Source of the DNA: Candidatus Gorgyraea atricola
Lineage (GTDB): Bacteria > Omnitrophota > Gorgyraeia > Gorgyraeales > Gorgyraeaceae
Assembly: GCA_030765235.1 (NCBI GenBank)
Contig: JAVCCW010000018.1
Location: 25,465-89,464 of the forward strand
Direction of reading: 5' to 3'
Length of the DNA: 64,000 nt
A program made the position numbers and the translations under genes. A model generated the notes under the pieces. It saw only the letters and a list, made by a program, of their open reading frames with translations. It searched no databases and was not told where the DNA came from. Numbering within the stretch: position 1 is the stretch's first letter; every line of letters starts with the position of its first letter. This document shows, piece after piece, positions 9,040 to 18,415 of this stretch.

Positions 9040-9611
9040 TATTCCCCCTTTTTGACATAACAATCTTTGTATGTCTCTTTTAGCTTCTTTTCCAGTTGCT
9101 CCGCGTGTTTTTTCTCACTGAAACCGCCTATGTAAAGCTGATAATAATCTCCTGATTTCTTAATATCAGCCTTGTACCCTTGTATTCGCAGTTTTTCTCG
9201 TCCCTGCTCCGCAGCGCCCCTCGCCTTAAAAGCCGCCAACTGAAGAATATATTTATCTTCTACCTGAGGCTTAGGGCTAGGCGTCTTTTGACTGATAGCT
9301 GATAGCTGAGAGCTGAGGGCTATCTTTCTTGTCCCTTGTCCCTTGCCTGCCCCGTACGAAATCTTTGATTTTCGTATGGGGTCTCTTGTCCCTGCCGTAT
9401 CTCGCCTTCCCTTCTCAACTCCCAACGAGAAACATATTATGCATGCCATCGCAAGTCCTATCGCGACAAATATCACATGCTCATAAGAAAGTGTCAGGCT
9501 TTTTTTTAAATTAGGCAGCAGGATCTTTGTCTTTTTCCTTATCTTCCTGTCAGATATCTGCGACTGGCCAAATAAGTCCCTCTCTTGCCTATCTTGAGAT
9601 CTCGCGCTCAT
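9039..9611 (-). CDS. SPOR domain membrane protein (cell-division associated)
   Basis: TM helix then C-terminal YILQLAAFKARGAAEQ...YYQLYIGGF SPOR-like motif. It contains an in-frame heptamer repeat segment. Confidence 0.7.
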   Translation of the reverse strand: MSARSQDRQERDLFGQSQISDRKIRKKTKILLPNLKKSLTLSYEHVIFVAIGLAMACIICFSLGVEKGRRDTAGTRDPIRKSKISYGAGKGQGTRKIALSSQLSAISQKTPSPKPQVEDKYILQLAAFKARGAAEQGREKLRIQGYKADIKKSGDYYQLYIGGFSEKKHAEQLEKKLKETYKDCYVKKGE

Positions 9612-9870
9612 ATGTCTTTATGTGTTTTTCGATCTTTTTTACAATGTCCTTCTGGTTCGTATATGAATAAGCCTCCGTAGAAGCTGTTTTATGACTCATC
9701 AGTATTTTTTCTTTAGCCAATTTTTTCAGCGCCTTTCGTACCTTATCGGGATCACATCCTATCCACACAGAGATACCCTTTGCTGTATCAATGCACTGGG
9801 GATTCTCATTGAAGAAAAGAAGCGTCTTTTTTGTAATCTCATTTTTGAATAAGGCGCTTAAATTTTTCAT
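9589..9870 (-). CDS. hypothetical protein, 93 aa
   Basis: ORF only; overlaps downstream gene by 23 nt. Confidence 0.4.
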   Translation of the reverse strand: MKNLSALFKNEITKKTLLFFNENPQCIDTAKGISVWIGCDPDKVRKALKKLAKEKILMSHKTASTEAYSYTNQKDIVKKIEKHIKTYEREISR

Positions 9871-9873
9871 AGC

Positions 9874-11352
9874 CTAAAGGAGTTTCTTGAAGTCAGATTT
9901 TTTTGATAATGATATAAAGGCTCTTACTGCATCAGGATCAAACTGGGTATTTTTATTTTTTTCAAGTTCTTTTATGGCCTGTAACATGCCTTTCTTCCTG
10001 GACACCATTGCCTCAAAGGCATCCGCGACTGCCATGATCCTTGCGCCTACAGGAATATCCTTACCCTTTAATCCTTCAGGATATCCTGTGCCGTCATATC
10101 TCTCATGATGATACATTATCGTGGGCATGGCAGGCTTTAAGAACTCCAGGGGCCTTAGTATCTTCAGACTTTCAAGATGTTGTTTCTTTACTATACTGAA
10201 TTCCTTTCTCGAGAGCCCGCCGCGTTTTCTCAGTATCTCATCTGGTATGCTGAATTTCCCTGTATCTGGCAGGAGCGCCGCATATCGCAGGTTAGTGATC
10301 TCTTCCCTGGAGAGTCTCATTTCTTCCGCAAGCGCCAGCACTATTTTTACAAACTTTTCAGAATGCGTGTACGTGTGCGGGGATTTCGCGTCCAAAAGCG
10401 CTGCGAGAGACTTAATACTGCCATAGGCCATCTTTTTCTGCTCTTCATACATCTGGGCATTTCTAATAGCTATCACTGCCTGTTCCGCTAAAGTAAGCAG
10501 TATCTCCATATCAAATTTAGTAAAAGGTGTGTTGTTGGTCTTGTTCTTTGCGCAGATGATGCCGATTATGTCTTCCTCAACAAGAGGAACGCATACGCAG
10601 TCGCGCGACAAATCAGCCTTGCCTGTCTTGGCCACCTTACCTATTGCGCCAGAGCCTATTTTTATTTTTCTATATTTTTTACGCATGCTGCCTGTATTGA
10701 ACTTCAGATCTATGACCGCCTTTGGCGTCAGGTAGTTTTTTGAAGCATCCAAAAGCATTATTGAGCAATATTTAGATCTCATCACCTGAAGCGTGAGCCT
10801 CGCTATCCTTTCTATTAATTCATGCATATCAAGAGTTGATGTAAGAAGCCTGTGTACGGTATGTATGGTGGATAGTGCTATGGCCCTCGGCCTTATTGTA
10901 TCGTAAAGCTTTCTGAGCTCCCCTTCTTTCTGGAAATCCTTGAGGGCAAGGCCTATGAAGAGTTTCATAACAGCGAGTTCTTTTTTGTCAGGCTCCCGTC
11001 GCAGATTTAGGACAACAACAAACCCGTAGATATTCTGTCCCTGCATTATAGGGATAGAAAGGCAGGGCTTGCCTCGCGAACCCTTAAAGACCTTTATCTC
11101 TTTTAAGAGACCAGGCTTTATGTCTTTCAGGCTATTTGGAATTTTTTTCCTGTATCGTTTTTTGGTTTCAAGAGGCGCGTATTCAGAATCAAAGAAGAGA
11201 CAGTCTACTTTCCTGCCCACTATGTCAGAAAACGCCTCTTTAAACAGCTGTATAGCGCTAGAGCCGCAGAATCTTAAGAGAAATTCCTTTTTTTCTTTTC
11301 CGTTAGACTCGTTCATAAGGGTCGAATAATTTTTTATACTCGTCCAGGGCAA
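9874..11352 (-). CDS. GAF domain + HD-GYP phosphodiesterase (c-di-GMP hydrolase family)
   Basis: HHERYDGTGYPEGLKG HD-GYP signature with HD upstream. Confidence 0.85.
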   Translation of the reverse strand: MPWTSIKNYSTLMNESNGKEKKEFLLRFCGSSAIQLFKEAFSDIVGRKVDCLFFDSEYAPLETKKRYRKKIPNSLKDIKPGLLKEIKVFKGSRGKPCLSIPIMQGQNIYGFVVVLNLRREPDKKELAVMKLFIGLALKDFQKEGELRKLYDTIRPRAIALSTIHTVHRLLTSTLDMHELIERIARLTLQVMRSKYCSIMLLDASKNYLTPKAVIDLKFNTGSMRKKYRKIKIGSGAIGKVAKTGKADLSRDCVCVPLVEEDIIGIICAKNKTNNTPFTKFDMEILLTLAEQAVIAIRNAQMYEEQKKMAYGSIKSLAALLDAKSPHTYTHSEKFVKIVLALAEEMRLSREEITNLRYAALLPDTGKFSIPDEILRKRGGLSRKEFSIVKKQHLESLKILRPLEFLKPAMPTIMYHHERYDGTGYPEGLKGKDIPVGARIMAVADAFEAMVSRKKGMLQAIKELEKNKNTQFDPDAVRAFISLSKKSDFKKLL

Positions 11353-12457
11353 ACCTGTCAGTCATCCCGGCCAGATAGTCACATACGACCCTGTAAAGGC
11401 CATACTTTTTTATCTTTTTCTGATCAGAAACAGGGAGCTGCTCTGGTTTTTCAATATAGACATTAAACAGCTCTGTAATAAAGCGCTTGGCCTTATTAGA
11501 CATGCGCACGACCCGCACGTTCTTATATAGATTATCGCTTAAAAACGCGCGCAACGCCAGTCTTTTTTTCTGCATATCCCTGGAGAATGCTATCAGTTTC
11601 TCAGTGCGTGCCCTGACGTCAGACACACTTTTGATCCCGGTATCCTTAATATTTTTTTCTGAATTTTCCACCAGGTCTTTTATGTGCATATTTATAAGAG
11701 CCCTGATCGTCTGGTATCTTTGGATATTATCAGACATATCGTAGCATTTCTTTTTTATGCAAGAGGCGGCGTTTTTCCATAATTCTAACTTGGAGAGCTC
11801 CTTCTCTTCTATAAGACCTGAGGCTATGCCATCGTCTATATCGTGATTATCATAAGCGATCTCGTCAGCGACATCAACGACCTGGGTCTCCAGCGTCGCT
11901 GATTTTTCAGGCTCTAACTCTGCGAGCCTCTCTGCCCTGTCAAAAAGCGTAGTATGTTTATTTATGCCCTCCCTTACTTCCCATGACAGGTTAAGCCCAG
12001 GAAAATCCGGATACCTCTGCTCCAGTTCATCCACCACACGCAGTCCCTGGAGATTATGATCAAATCCGCCATTATCTTTCATCAAAAGGCTCAGAGTATC
12101 TTCTCCCGCGTGACCAAAAGGTGGGTGGCCGATGTCATGCGCAAGGGCAATGGCCTCGACAAGATCTTCGTTCAAGGCCAATTCTCTGGCGATCGAACGC
12201 GCGATCTGGCTCACTTCCAGTGTATGCGTAAGCCTTGTCCTGTAATAATCTCCTTCATGGTTTACAAAGACCTGCGTCTTATATTCAAGCTTGCGGAAGG
12301 CAATAGAATGTACGATCCTGTCTCTGTCCCTCTGATAGCAGGACCTGTACGGCGGCTTTTTTTCAGAGTGCTTTCTTCCCTTTGTGTTCTTGCTCTGCAT
12401 TGCATAAGGAGCAAGAATTACCTTTTCCCGTTGTTCTATGTCCTTGCGTGTCAGCAT
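11303..12457 (-). CDS. dgt: dGTP triphosphohydrolase-like HD phosphohydrolase
   Basis: RDRDRIVHS...RTRLTHTLEVSQIAR...HDIGHPPFGH. Confidence 0.9.
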   Translation of the reverse strand: MLTRKDIEQREKVILAPYAMQSKNTKGRKHSEKKPPYRSCYQRDRDRIVHSIAFRKLEYKTQVFVNHEGDYYRTRLTHTLEVSQIARSIARELALNEDLVEAIALAHDIGHPPFGHAGEDTLSLLMKDNGGFDHNLQGLRVVDELEQRYPDFPGLNLSWEVREGINKHTTLFDRAERLAELEPEKSATLETQVVDVADEIAYDNHDIDDGIASGLIEEKELSKLELWKNAASCIKKKCYDMSDNIQRYQTIRALINMHIKDLVENSEKNIKDTGIKSVSDVRARTEKLIAFSRDMQKKRLALRAFLSDNLYKNVRVVRMSNKAKRFITELFNVYIEKPEQLPVSDQKKIKKYGLYRVVCDYLAGMTDRFALDEYKKLFDPYERV

Positions 12458-12459
12458 GA

Positions 12460-12918
12460 TTATTTAAGTAATTTGTGCAGTTCTTTCAGTGACTGCGGCA
12501 GTACCTTTGTGTTTGCGATAATGGGCATGAAGTTTGTATCGCCATCCCAGCGCGGCACAATATGAATATGGATATGACCCCTATAGCCCGCGCCCCCGAC
12601 TTTGCCAGTATTGATACCTATATTAAAACCATGGGGTTTTAGCTTCTTTTCAAGCAAACGCTGCATGTCTTTTACCAGCTTCATCGTGTCCAGAAGCTCC
12701 GCGTCACTCAGTCCCTTTATGTCTTTTACGTGCCTGTAAGGACTTACCATTACATGTCCATTATTATAGGGATATATATTTAATATAGCAAATGAGTGCT
12801 TGGATCTTTTTACAACATAATCATCTTTATCCGGCCTGGACTTCAGACAAAATATGCAGCCTTTCTTTTTCTTAGCCTTCACAAACTCACTCCTCCACGG
12901 CGCCCATAATTTGTCCAT
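12460..12918 (-). CDS. HIT family hydrolase
   Basis: GHIHIHIVPRW histidine triad; N-terminal CxxC. Confidence 0.85.
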   Translation of the reverse strand: MDKLWAPWRSEFVKAKKKKGCIFCLKSRPDKDDYVVKRSKHSFAILNIYPYNNGHVMVSPYRHVKDIKGLSDAELLDTMKLVKDMQRLLEKKLKPHGFNIGINTGKVGGAGYRGHIHIHIVPRWDGDTNFMPIIANTKVLPQSLKELHKLLK

Positions 12919-12933
12919 GTCTACTCCTCTATG

Positions 12934-13055
12934 GATGTTACGAAGGTTACGGAAGGTTTCGGAATGTTACGTAAGGTTGCATTAAAAGCCTTGAAATCCA
13001 TAGCTTTTGTAACCTTCCGCAACCTTCTCTAACATTCCGTAACATTATGTAACCT
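12934..13055. repeat. Hairpin repeat family E (GTTACG-based imperfect tandem units forming a long inverted repeat)
   Basis: gttacgaaggttacggaaggtttcggaatgttacgtaaggttgc ... gtaaccttccgcaaccttctctaacattccgtaacattatgtaacc. Confidence 0.65.
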
Positions 13056-13059
13056 CCAT

Positions 13060-13548
13060 TTACAGTCTATGTATGTTAGCCTCTATCTTTCCATTGTCTA
13101 TCTCAATAATTCCGTACGATCTATATGGGGCGCAGACAGTTTCTGTGGGGCTGCCGGGATTAAAAAATAAAACACCGTCTATGTATTCATTGGCAGGTTG
13201 GTGTGAATGGCCAAAGACTATAATGTCAGGCTTTTTCGCAAGAAACTCCTCTTTCATAATATCCTTGAGTTTTTCAGGATGACCATAACCATGCATCAGA
13301 CATATCTTTTTACCAGCTACCTTGAGGATCTTTTTATCCCCTAAAGAAAAGAGCGTTTTTGTATGGTCCATGTTTCCAGATACAGCCTCTACCTTTGCTA
13401 TCTGTTTGAGTGGTTCCAGTATGCTTATGTCTATCAGGTCGCCCGCATGAAGTATGAGATCGCATCCTTTAAGCGCTGCAAGAAGATCATCCGGTAATCT
13501 ATCAGCTGCAACAGGTACATGCGTGTCAGATATAACGCCTATTCTCAT
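13060..13548 (-). CDS. YfcE/MJ0936-type metallophosphoesterase
   Basis: MRIGVISDTHV...GDLID...GHSH motifs; start moved to the internal Met. Confidence 0.85.
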   Translation of the reverse strand: MRIGVISDTHVPVAADRLPDDLLAALKGCDLILHAGDLIDISILEPLKQIAKVEAVSGNMDHTKTLFSLGDKKILKVAGKKICLMHGYGHPEKLKDIMKEEFLAKKPDIIVFGHSHQPANEYIDGVLFFNPGSPTETVCAPYRSYGIIEIDNGKIEANIHRL

Positions 13549-13566
13549 ATAGTAAGCACCTCCTGA

Positions 13567-13648
13567 AAATCCCAAATCCAAAACCGTGTTTGGGATTTGG
13601 AAATTGGGATTTATTTGGGATTTGGTAGTATTGGGATTTGGGATTTTT
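13567..13648. repeat. Hairpin repeat family A copy 1 (GGGATTT/AAATCCC degenerate heptamer arrays around a CATGTTTGGGATT-like centre)
   Basis: aaatcccaaatcc...gtgtttgggatttggaaattgggatttatttgggatttggtagtattgggatttgggattttt. Confidence 0.75.
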
Positions 13649-13660
13649 CATGTGTGTCAG

Positions 13661-15280
13661 TTACCCCACCTGCGGCTTCTCGTACAGTTCCATCAATACA
13701 TTAAGGTCTTCCATGTTCCAAACCCAAAGCTTTGCATCTTTTGCCATGAGATACGCATTTTCATTTATGCCAGCGAGTGAAATAAGGATATTTCTATTTA
13801 TCCTGTTTGCGCGAGATTTGGTTTTAGTGTTTTTTATGATCTCTGTTATCTCGGTCTCTGTTACGTGTTCTTTTTTAATAGTGCACAGCCATTTGAACCT
13901 GTTGTTCGCGGCAAGGATATTTATATTGCCAGGCACTTCAGTACTGGAACGCTCTACATCAGTAAACGATAGAAATTTATGTTTCTTCCCATTTAGCTGT
14001 ATTACATCATTCTTGAACAGCCTAAAAAGATCTACGACCCTGGATGAAAGTTCTTTTTCGAATTCCTGTAAAAACATGCTTATCTTGGTCCTTATATCTT
14101 TTTTGAAATAACCCTCTTCCAGGAGTTCATCCAGGCTAAAAGATAAGATCCTTTTTAGATAGACAGACTGGAGCCAGAAAGAGAAAAGCCTGTCTTTAAA
14201 TCTGTAAAACGAACCATTACGTACGATTATATCCATGTCAGCCAGCCTGCTTAATATTTTGGAGGCATCTCGCGCCTGCAGTCTGGATGAGGCAGCCATG
14301 TCAGCCTGTTTTTTATTTCCCGACGAAAGCGCGATGAGTAAGGCCGCGGTCTTTGACAGCAATTTACCGTCGGAGATCCTAAAGAAGAGGTTGGAAAACA
14401 GCTGGTTTATTACACCTGTTTTTTTAAACACGCTTTCTGTCAGCGCAAACTCTATAAGCTCAGTGTAACTATCAGGAGAGATCTTTCTGGAAAAAACACC
14501 TTTTTCCATCTCGTCACACAGCACCTGCATATAAAAAGGTTTATTTCCTGTAAAGGTGGCAACGAAATCCATGTACACCTGAGGCAGTGTTACACCGCGC
14601 ATCTTATCCTGCAGAAAAGAGCGCGACATATTCATATCAAAAGGCGAGAGGATCATCTTTTCAAAGTTTCCAAAAAGGAGAGCCAGTTTTTCGCTGAATA
14701 TACGCTGAGAGATCGTTGCCTTAGAACTGAGCAAAAGATACATGGTGTCTTTCTGCAGCATGATCTTTTTGGCAAGCGTGGCATAAGGGTGCTTCAAATC
14801 AAAGTTACCAAGATTATGAAACTCGTCCAGTATAAGGAGGCATCTTTTTTTGCTTTCCTCTGATATCATGGCTGTAATGTCCAGCATAAAGGAATGTCCT
14901 TCGTCGAGCCTACCCTTATCTATGTCCTGGAGTACCCTTATGCATGTCTCAGCTGTCTTCGGGTGAGTCCTTTTTAAATCCTCTATCAAGAGCACTGTGT
15001 CATGAGGCGCTGTTAGCGTAGGATCTGATCGCATTAGCTGGAAAAGAGCTGATTTTATGAATCTCTTGGCGCAGAATTCAAACGGCTCTATCTTTATCTC
15101 GAGGTATATTGGGATAATACTCTCCTTTTTTATTTGCTCTGAAGATAAGATATCTTTTATAAGAGAGGTCTTTCCTATGGAGGGTTCGCCTATAATGGCT
15201 ATATTCTGCCTGTAGCCTTCGGAAAAAGAATTCACGCGACGTATGATAGCCTCGATTATGTCTGGTCTATTGTAAGACAT
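13661..15280 (-). CDS. P-loop ATPase, 539 aa, resembling the archaeal-type/STAND-like ATPase family with an extended C-terminal domain
   Basis: Walker A GEPSIGKTSL and Walker B LLILDEFHNL. The long C-terminal region is uncharacterised; I recall this architecture as Arch_ATPase plus DUF234-like. Confidence 0.65.
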   Translation of the reverse strand: MSYNRPDIIEAIIRRVNSFSEGYRQNIAIIGEPSIGKTSLIKDILSSEQIKKESIIPIYLEIKIEPFEFCAKRFIKSALFQLMRSDPTLTAPHDTVLLIEDLKRTHPKTAETCIRVLQDIDKGRLDEGHSFMLDITAMISEESKKRCLLILDEFHNLGNFDLKHPYATLAKKIMLQKDTMYLLLSSKATISQRIFSEKLALLFGNFEKMILSPFDMNMSRSFLQDKMRGVTLPQVYMDFVATFTGNKPFYMQVLCDEMEKGVFSRKISPDSYTELIEFALTESVFKKTGVINQLFSNLFFRISDGKLLSKTAALLIALSSGNKKQADMAASSRLQARDASKILSRLADMDIIVRNGSFYRFKDRLFSFWLQSVYLKRILSFSLDELLEEGYFKKDIRTKISMFLQEFEKELSSRVVDLFRLFKNDVIQLNGKKHKFLSFTDVERSSTEVPGNINILAANNRFKWLCTIKKEHVTETEITEIIKNTKTKSRANRINRNILISLAGINENAYLMAKDAKLWVWNMEDLNVLMELYEKPQVG

Positions 15281-15283
15281 GTT

Positions 15284-15583
15284 CTATTCCCTCTCGAATT
15301 CAATAAACTTACAGCTCTTGGTGTCAACAAATAAGACCTTTGCTTTTTTTGTCAATGCAAGGCTCAGGCCCATCAGGTTAAAACAGTTCTTGCCTGTGAC
15401 CTCTTTTTTTATGGTATAGCAATGCTCAGGGTTATGCGCGTTGCGCGCAGCCTGAAAATCTGACGAGCAATTTATCCTGACCTTTACCTTTTCCTTGCAG
15501 TCCGAACACTCGACCAATGCATAAAAGGCGTTCTTTGGACTTTTCGGAAGCAAGTTTTTAACAAATTTCTTAATAGTCTTCAT
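15284..15583 (-). CDS. small Cys-rich hypothetical protein, 99 aa, probably co-transcribed with the ATPase
   Basis: 4-nt gap to the ATPase; CSDC...C...C...C pattern suggests a zinc-binding fold. Confidence 0.5.
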   Translation of the reverse strand: MKTIKKFVKNLLPKSPKNAFYALVECSDCKEKVKVRINCSSDFQAARNAHNPEHCYTIKKEVTGKNCFNLMGLSLALTKKAKVLFVDTKSCKFIEFERE

Positions 15584-15672
15584 TATAATTAAGGACCCTC
15601 GACGCGCTTAATAATGTTCCTATTCGTCACATTATTAAACTTGCTCGGGATCAAATTCGCCTTCGGCGGATT

Positions 15673-15746
15673 TGGAGCGGGTAAGGGGAATCGAACCCCT
15701 GCTGCGAGCTTGGGAAGCTCGTGTTCTACCATTGAACTACACCCGC
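15673..15746 (-). tRNA. tRNA-Gly (anticodon CCC)
   Basis: Reverse complement GCGGGTGTAGTTCAATGGTAGAACACGAGCTTCCCAAGCTCGCAGCAGGGGTTCGATTCCCCTTACCCGCTCCA: 7-bp acceptor stem, anticodon loop TTCCCAA, GGTTCGATTCC T-arm, encoded CCA. Confidence 0.9.
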
Positions 15747-15782
15747 CTACGTTCAAATAGAGCTATTCTTCGCAGTATACTT

Positions 15783-15881
15783 CGGCGGGCAAGCCCGCCT
15801 GCACATACGATTTACCACCCGTAGCATGCTGCGAAGATTAACCGCATGTGAGCGAAGGGTGGCGGGCAAGCCCGCCACCCT
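15783..15881. repeat. GC-rich palindromes (GGCGGGCAAGCCCGCC, twice) within a larger inverted repeat, upstream of the tRNA
   Basis: cggcgggcaagcccgcctg and ggtggcgggcaagcccgccacc, flanked by cttcgcag/ctgcgaag arms. Confidence 0.55.
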
Positions 15882-16786
15882 TAAGTCGTAGTTAATTTTA
15901 AAAATTTGTTATGTCTCGATTTTATGTCTTTTTTATTTAACTTTAAGAATCTATTGACGCTGAAATCCTCGACAGTGAATGATGCCATTGTAGCGCCATA
16001 TGCAAGAGCGCCTCTTACAGTTTTCGTATCTATCTTGTTCATTTTTGCTATATAGCCCATGAATCCCCCGGCAAATGTATCTCCTGCCCCAGTAGGGTCA
16101 CATACATCTTCTATCGGGTATGCCGGGATCAAAAGCGCTGAGGCATTCTTACAGAACAATGCCGCGCCATACTCGCCCCTTTTTATTATCGCGAATCTTG
16201 GACCGAGCGAAAGCAGGTACTTTCCTGCCTTTATAATGTTTGACTCGCCAGAAAGAAGCCTGGCCTCAGTGTCATTTAAAAATATAGCTGATGTCTTGCG
16301 TATGGTTTTCTTTAATGTCTTACCTTTGCTCTGGATCCAATGATTCATGGAATCGCAGCCTGTAAATCGTTGATCCTTTAGCGATTTCAAGATAAATAAC
16401 TGGAGGTCAGGATCTATATTGGCCAGAAATACATAAGGACTTTTTTTATACTCATCAGGTATCACAGGCTTAAAATCCGCGAATACATTTAGCTGTGTAT
16501 CTATTGTCTTTGCGCAATTTAAATCATCCACATACGAGCCTTCCCATCGAAATGTCCTGCCCTTTTTTGTTTCCAGGCCTGACAGATCCACGCCGAATGA
16601 TCTTATAAGCTTCTTATGCTTAAGGGGAAAATCTTTTCCTACAGTAGCAACAAGATTCACGCCACTAAAAAAACTGGCGCTTACTGAAAAATAGGTAGCT
16701 GAACCACCGAGCACCTCTTTTGACCTGGCTTGAGGCGTAGTAATGGTATCAAGCGCTACAGAGCCTATTACAAGTATTTTGCTCAT
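15881..16786 (-). CDS. PfkB-family carbohydrate kinase; probable D-glycero-beta-D-manno-heptose-7-phosphate kinase (HldE/RfaE domain I as a separate gene)
   Basis: MSKILVIGSVALD, GGSA and C-terminal DTTGAGDTF. Same operon as gmhA and the hldE adenylyltransferase domain. Start shares 1 nt with the thiC stop. Confidence 0.75.
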   Translation of the reverse strand: MSKILVIGSVALDTITTPQARSKEVLGGSATYFSVSASFFSGVNLVATVGKDFPLKHKKLIRSFGVDLSGLETKKGRTFRWEGSYVDDLNCAKTIDTQLNVFADFKPVIPDEYKKSPYVFLANIDPDLQLFILKSLKDQRFTGCDSMNHWIQSKGKTLKKTIRKTSAIFLNDTEARLLSGESNIIKAGKYLLSLGPRFAIIKRGEYGAALFCKNASALLIPAYPIEDVCDPTGAGDTFAGGFMGYIAKMNKIDTKTVRGALAYGATMASFTVEDFSVNRFLKLNKKDIKSRHNKFLKLTTT

Positions 16787-18042
16787 TAAAAATATTTCTC
16801 CATTGTTTTCATGGAACAATAGTTACTGCACATCGTGCACACGTCTTTATTCTTTGGCATGGATGATTTCCTGTAACGGGTCGATTTTACAGGGTCTATG
16901 GATTTCTTTATCTGGGCCTTCCAGTTTCTTGTTGAGCGGTGTTTTGACATTTCTCTATCCCAGTTCAATGCACCTGGTACCCTCTTTGCTATATCAGCTG
17001 CGTGCGCGGCGATCCTGGAGGCTATGACCCCGTCTTTTATGTCATTTTCATCAGGTATCCTCAAATGTTCTGATGGCGTGACATAACAAAGAAAATCCGC
17101 GCCGTAAAATGCGGCAAGCGCGCCTCCGATAGCGCCTACTATATGGTCATAACCTGGCGCAATATCTGTTACAAGCGGGCCCAGCACGTAAAATGGCGCG
17201 TTATTGCACAGCTTTTTCTCTATGACTACATTTGACTCTATCTGATCTATTGGTACATGGCCAGGGCCTTCAATGATCACCTGGACATTGTTTTGCCTGG
17301 CCTTTTCCGCGAGCTCGCCAAGCGTAATAAGTTCCTGTATCTGAGGTCTGTCAGTCGCATCCACTATCGACCCTGGCCTCATGCCATCGCCAAGACTCAG
17401 TGTTATGTCGTATTTCTTTGCTATCCTGATTATCTCGTCAAAATATTCATAGAGAGGATTTTCTTTTTTATTCAGCATCATCCATTCGACCAGGATAGAG
17501 CCGCCTCTTGACACAACGCTGATCAGTCTTTTCTGTTTCTTCAGGCGGCTTACCGCGCTCCGCGTTACGCCACAGTGAACTGTAAAAAAATCCACGCCAT
17601 CAGCTGCCTGTTCTTCAAAGGTCTCGAGAATATCCTCTTTTGACATGCGCGAGACAGCGCCTCTTTTTTTATGCGCCTTTATAGCTGCTTCATATATAGG
17701 TACAGTACCTACTGGTACGCTTGAAGCCTTTATGATCGCTTTCCGGATCTTTCTTAGATTTCCACCTGTACTCAGGTCCATGACTGCGTCCGCGCCATAC
17801 TCTATCGCAATACGCACTTTTTTTACTTCCCTCTTTATATCTGCGTCATCCTGCGATGTGCCGAGGTTTGCGTTTATCTTTGTACGCAGGCCTTCGCCAA
17901 CAGCGCACGGGGCTATTTTTCTCTTTGAATTTTTAATGAGGGCAATACGGCCCTGCCTGATGCGTTTCCTCAATTCATCAAGGCCCATACTCTCGTTTTT
18001 AGAGACTTGTTTTATTAGATCTTTTTTCGATATTGTAGGCAT
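16786..18042 (-). CDS. thiC: Phosphomethylpyrimidine synthase ThiC
   Basis: GLRTKINANLGTS and C-terminal CTMCSNYCS. The start could instead be the internal Met at 17988, which would avoid overlap. Confidence 0.92.
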   Translation of the reverse strand: MPTISKKDLIKQVSKNESMGLDELRKRIRQGRIALIKNSKRKIAPCAVGEGLRTKINANLGTSQDDADIKREVKKVRIAIEYGADAVMDLSTGGNLRKIRKAIIKASSVPVGTVPIYEAAIKAHKKRGAVSRMSKEDILETFEEQAADGVDFFTVHCGVTRSAVSRLKKQKRLISVVSRGGSILVEWMMLNKKENPLYEYFDEIIRIAKKYDITLSLGDGMRPGSIVDATDRPQIQELITLGELAEKARQNNVQVIIEGPGHVPIDQIESNVVIEKKLCNNAPFYVLGPLVTDIAPGYDHIVGAIGGALAAFYGADFLCYVTPSEHLRIPDENDIKDGVIASRIAAHAADIAKRVPGALNWDREMSKHRSTRNWKAQIKKSIDPVKSTRYRKSSMPKNKDVCTMCSNYCSMKTMEKYF

Positions 18043-18415
18043 CGAATCTTAGCTTTCTGTATTTGCGGCTTGTGTCCTGGTCCAGGATCTTGCAGCACTC
18101 TTCCATGACCCTGAGGGACTCTTTCACGCGTTGAATATTAGACATAAATATGTCCTGGATGTCTGTACCTTTTTGCTTTTCAAAATCCTCGAATTTCACC
18201 GGATCCTTCTTTGTGTCTCTTGCCTTAACGAGTTGCCTGAGTGCCAATCTCTTTGAAGAGAGCATCGCCTCTGTTGCAGAGTGACGCATGGCCTTCAAGG
18301 ATCTCGAGATCTTTTTATCTGCCACTACAAATCTCGCTATATCCTCGCATACCCTCAGACCTTCCCGTGTCCTGTTTAGATTTGCATCGATGATCTTTAA
18401 AAGTTCTTGATTCAT
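17999..18415 (-). CDS. hypothetical protein, 139 aa (start at the Met that makes an ATGA overlap with the upstream gene)
   Basis: [29 protein letters not shown]...; conserved-looking but I cannot assign a family. Confidence 0.45.
   Translation of the reverse strand: MNQELLKIIDANLNRTREGLRVCEDIARFVVADKKISRSLKAMRHSATEAMLSSKRLALRQLVKARDTKKDPVKFEDFEKQKGTDIQDIFMSNIQRVKESLRVMEECCKILDQDTSRKYRKLRFDAYNIEKRSNKTSL

Noticed and set aside
9874-11352. Shorter start for the HD-GYP gene to remove the 50-nt overlap with dgt
   Set aside because: The internal Met still overlaps and no ribosome-binding-site evidence is decisive. I kept the full ORF and flag start uncertainty.
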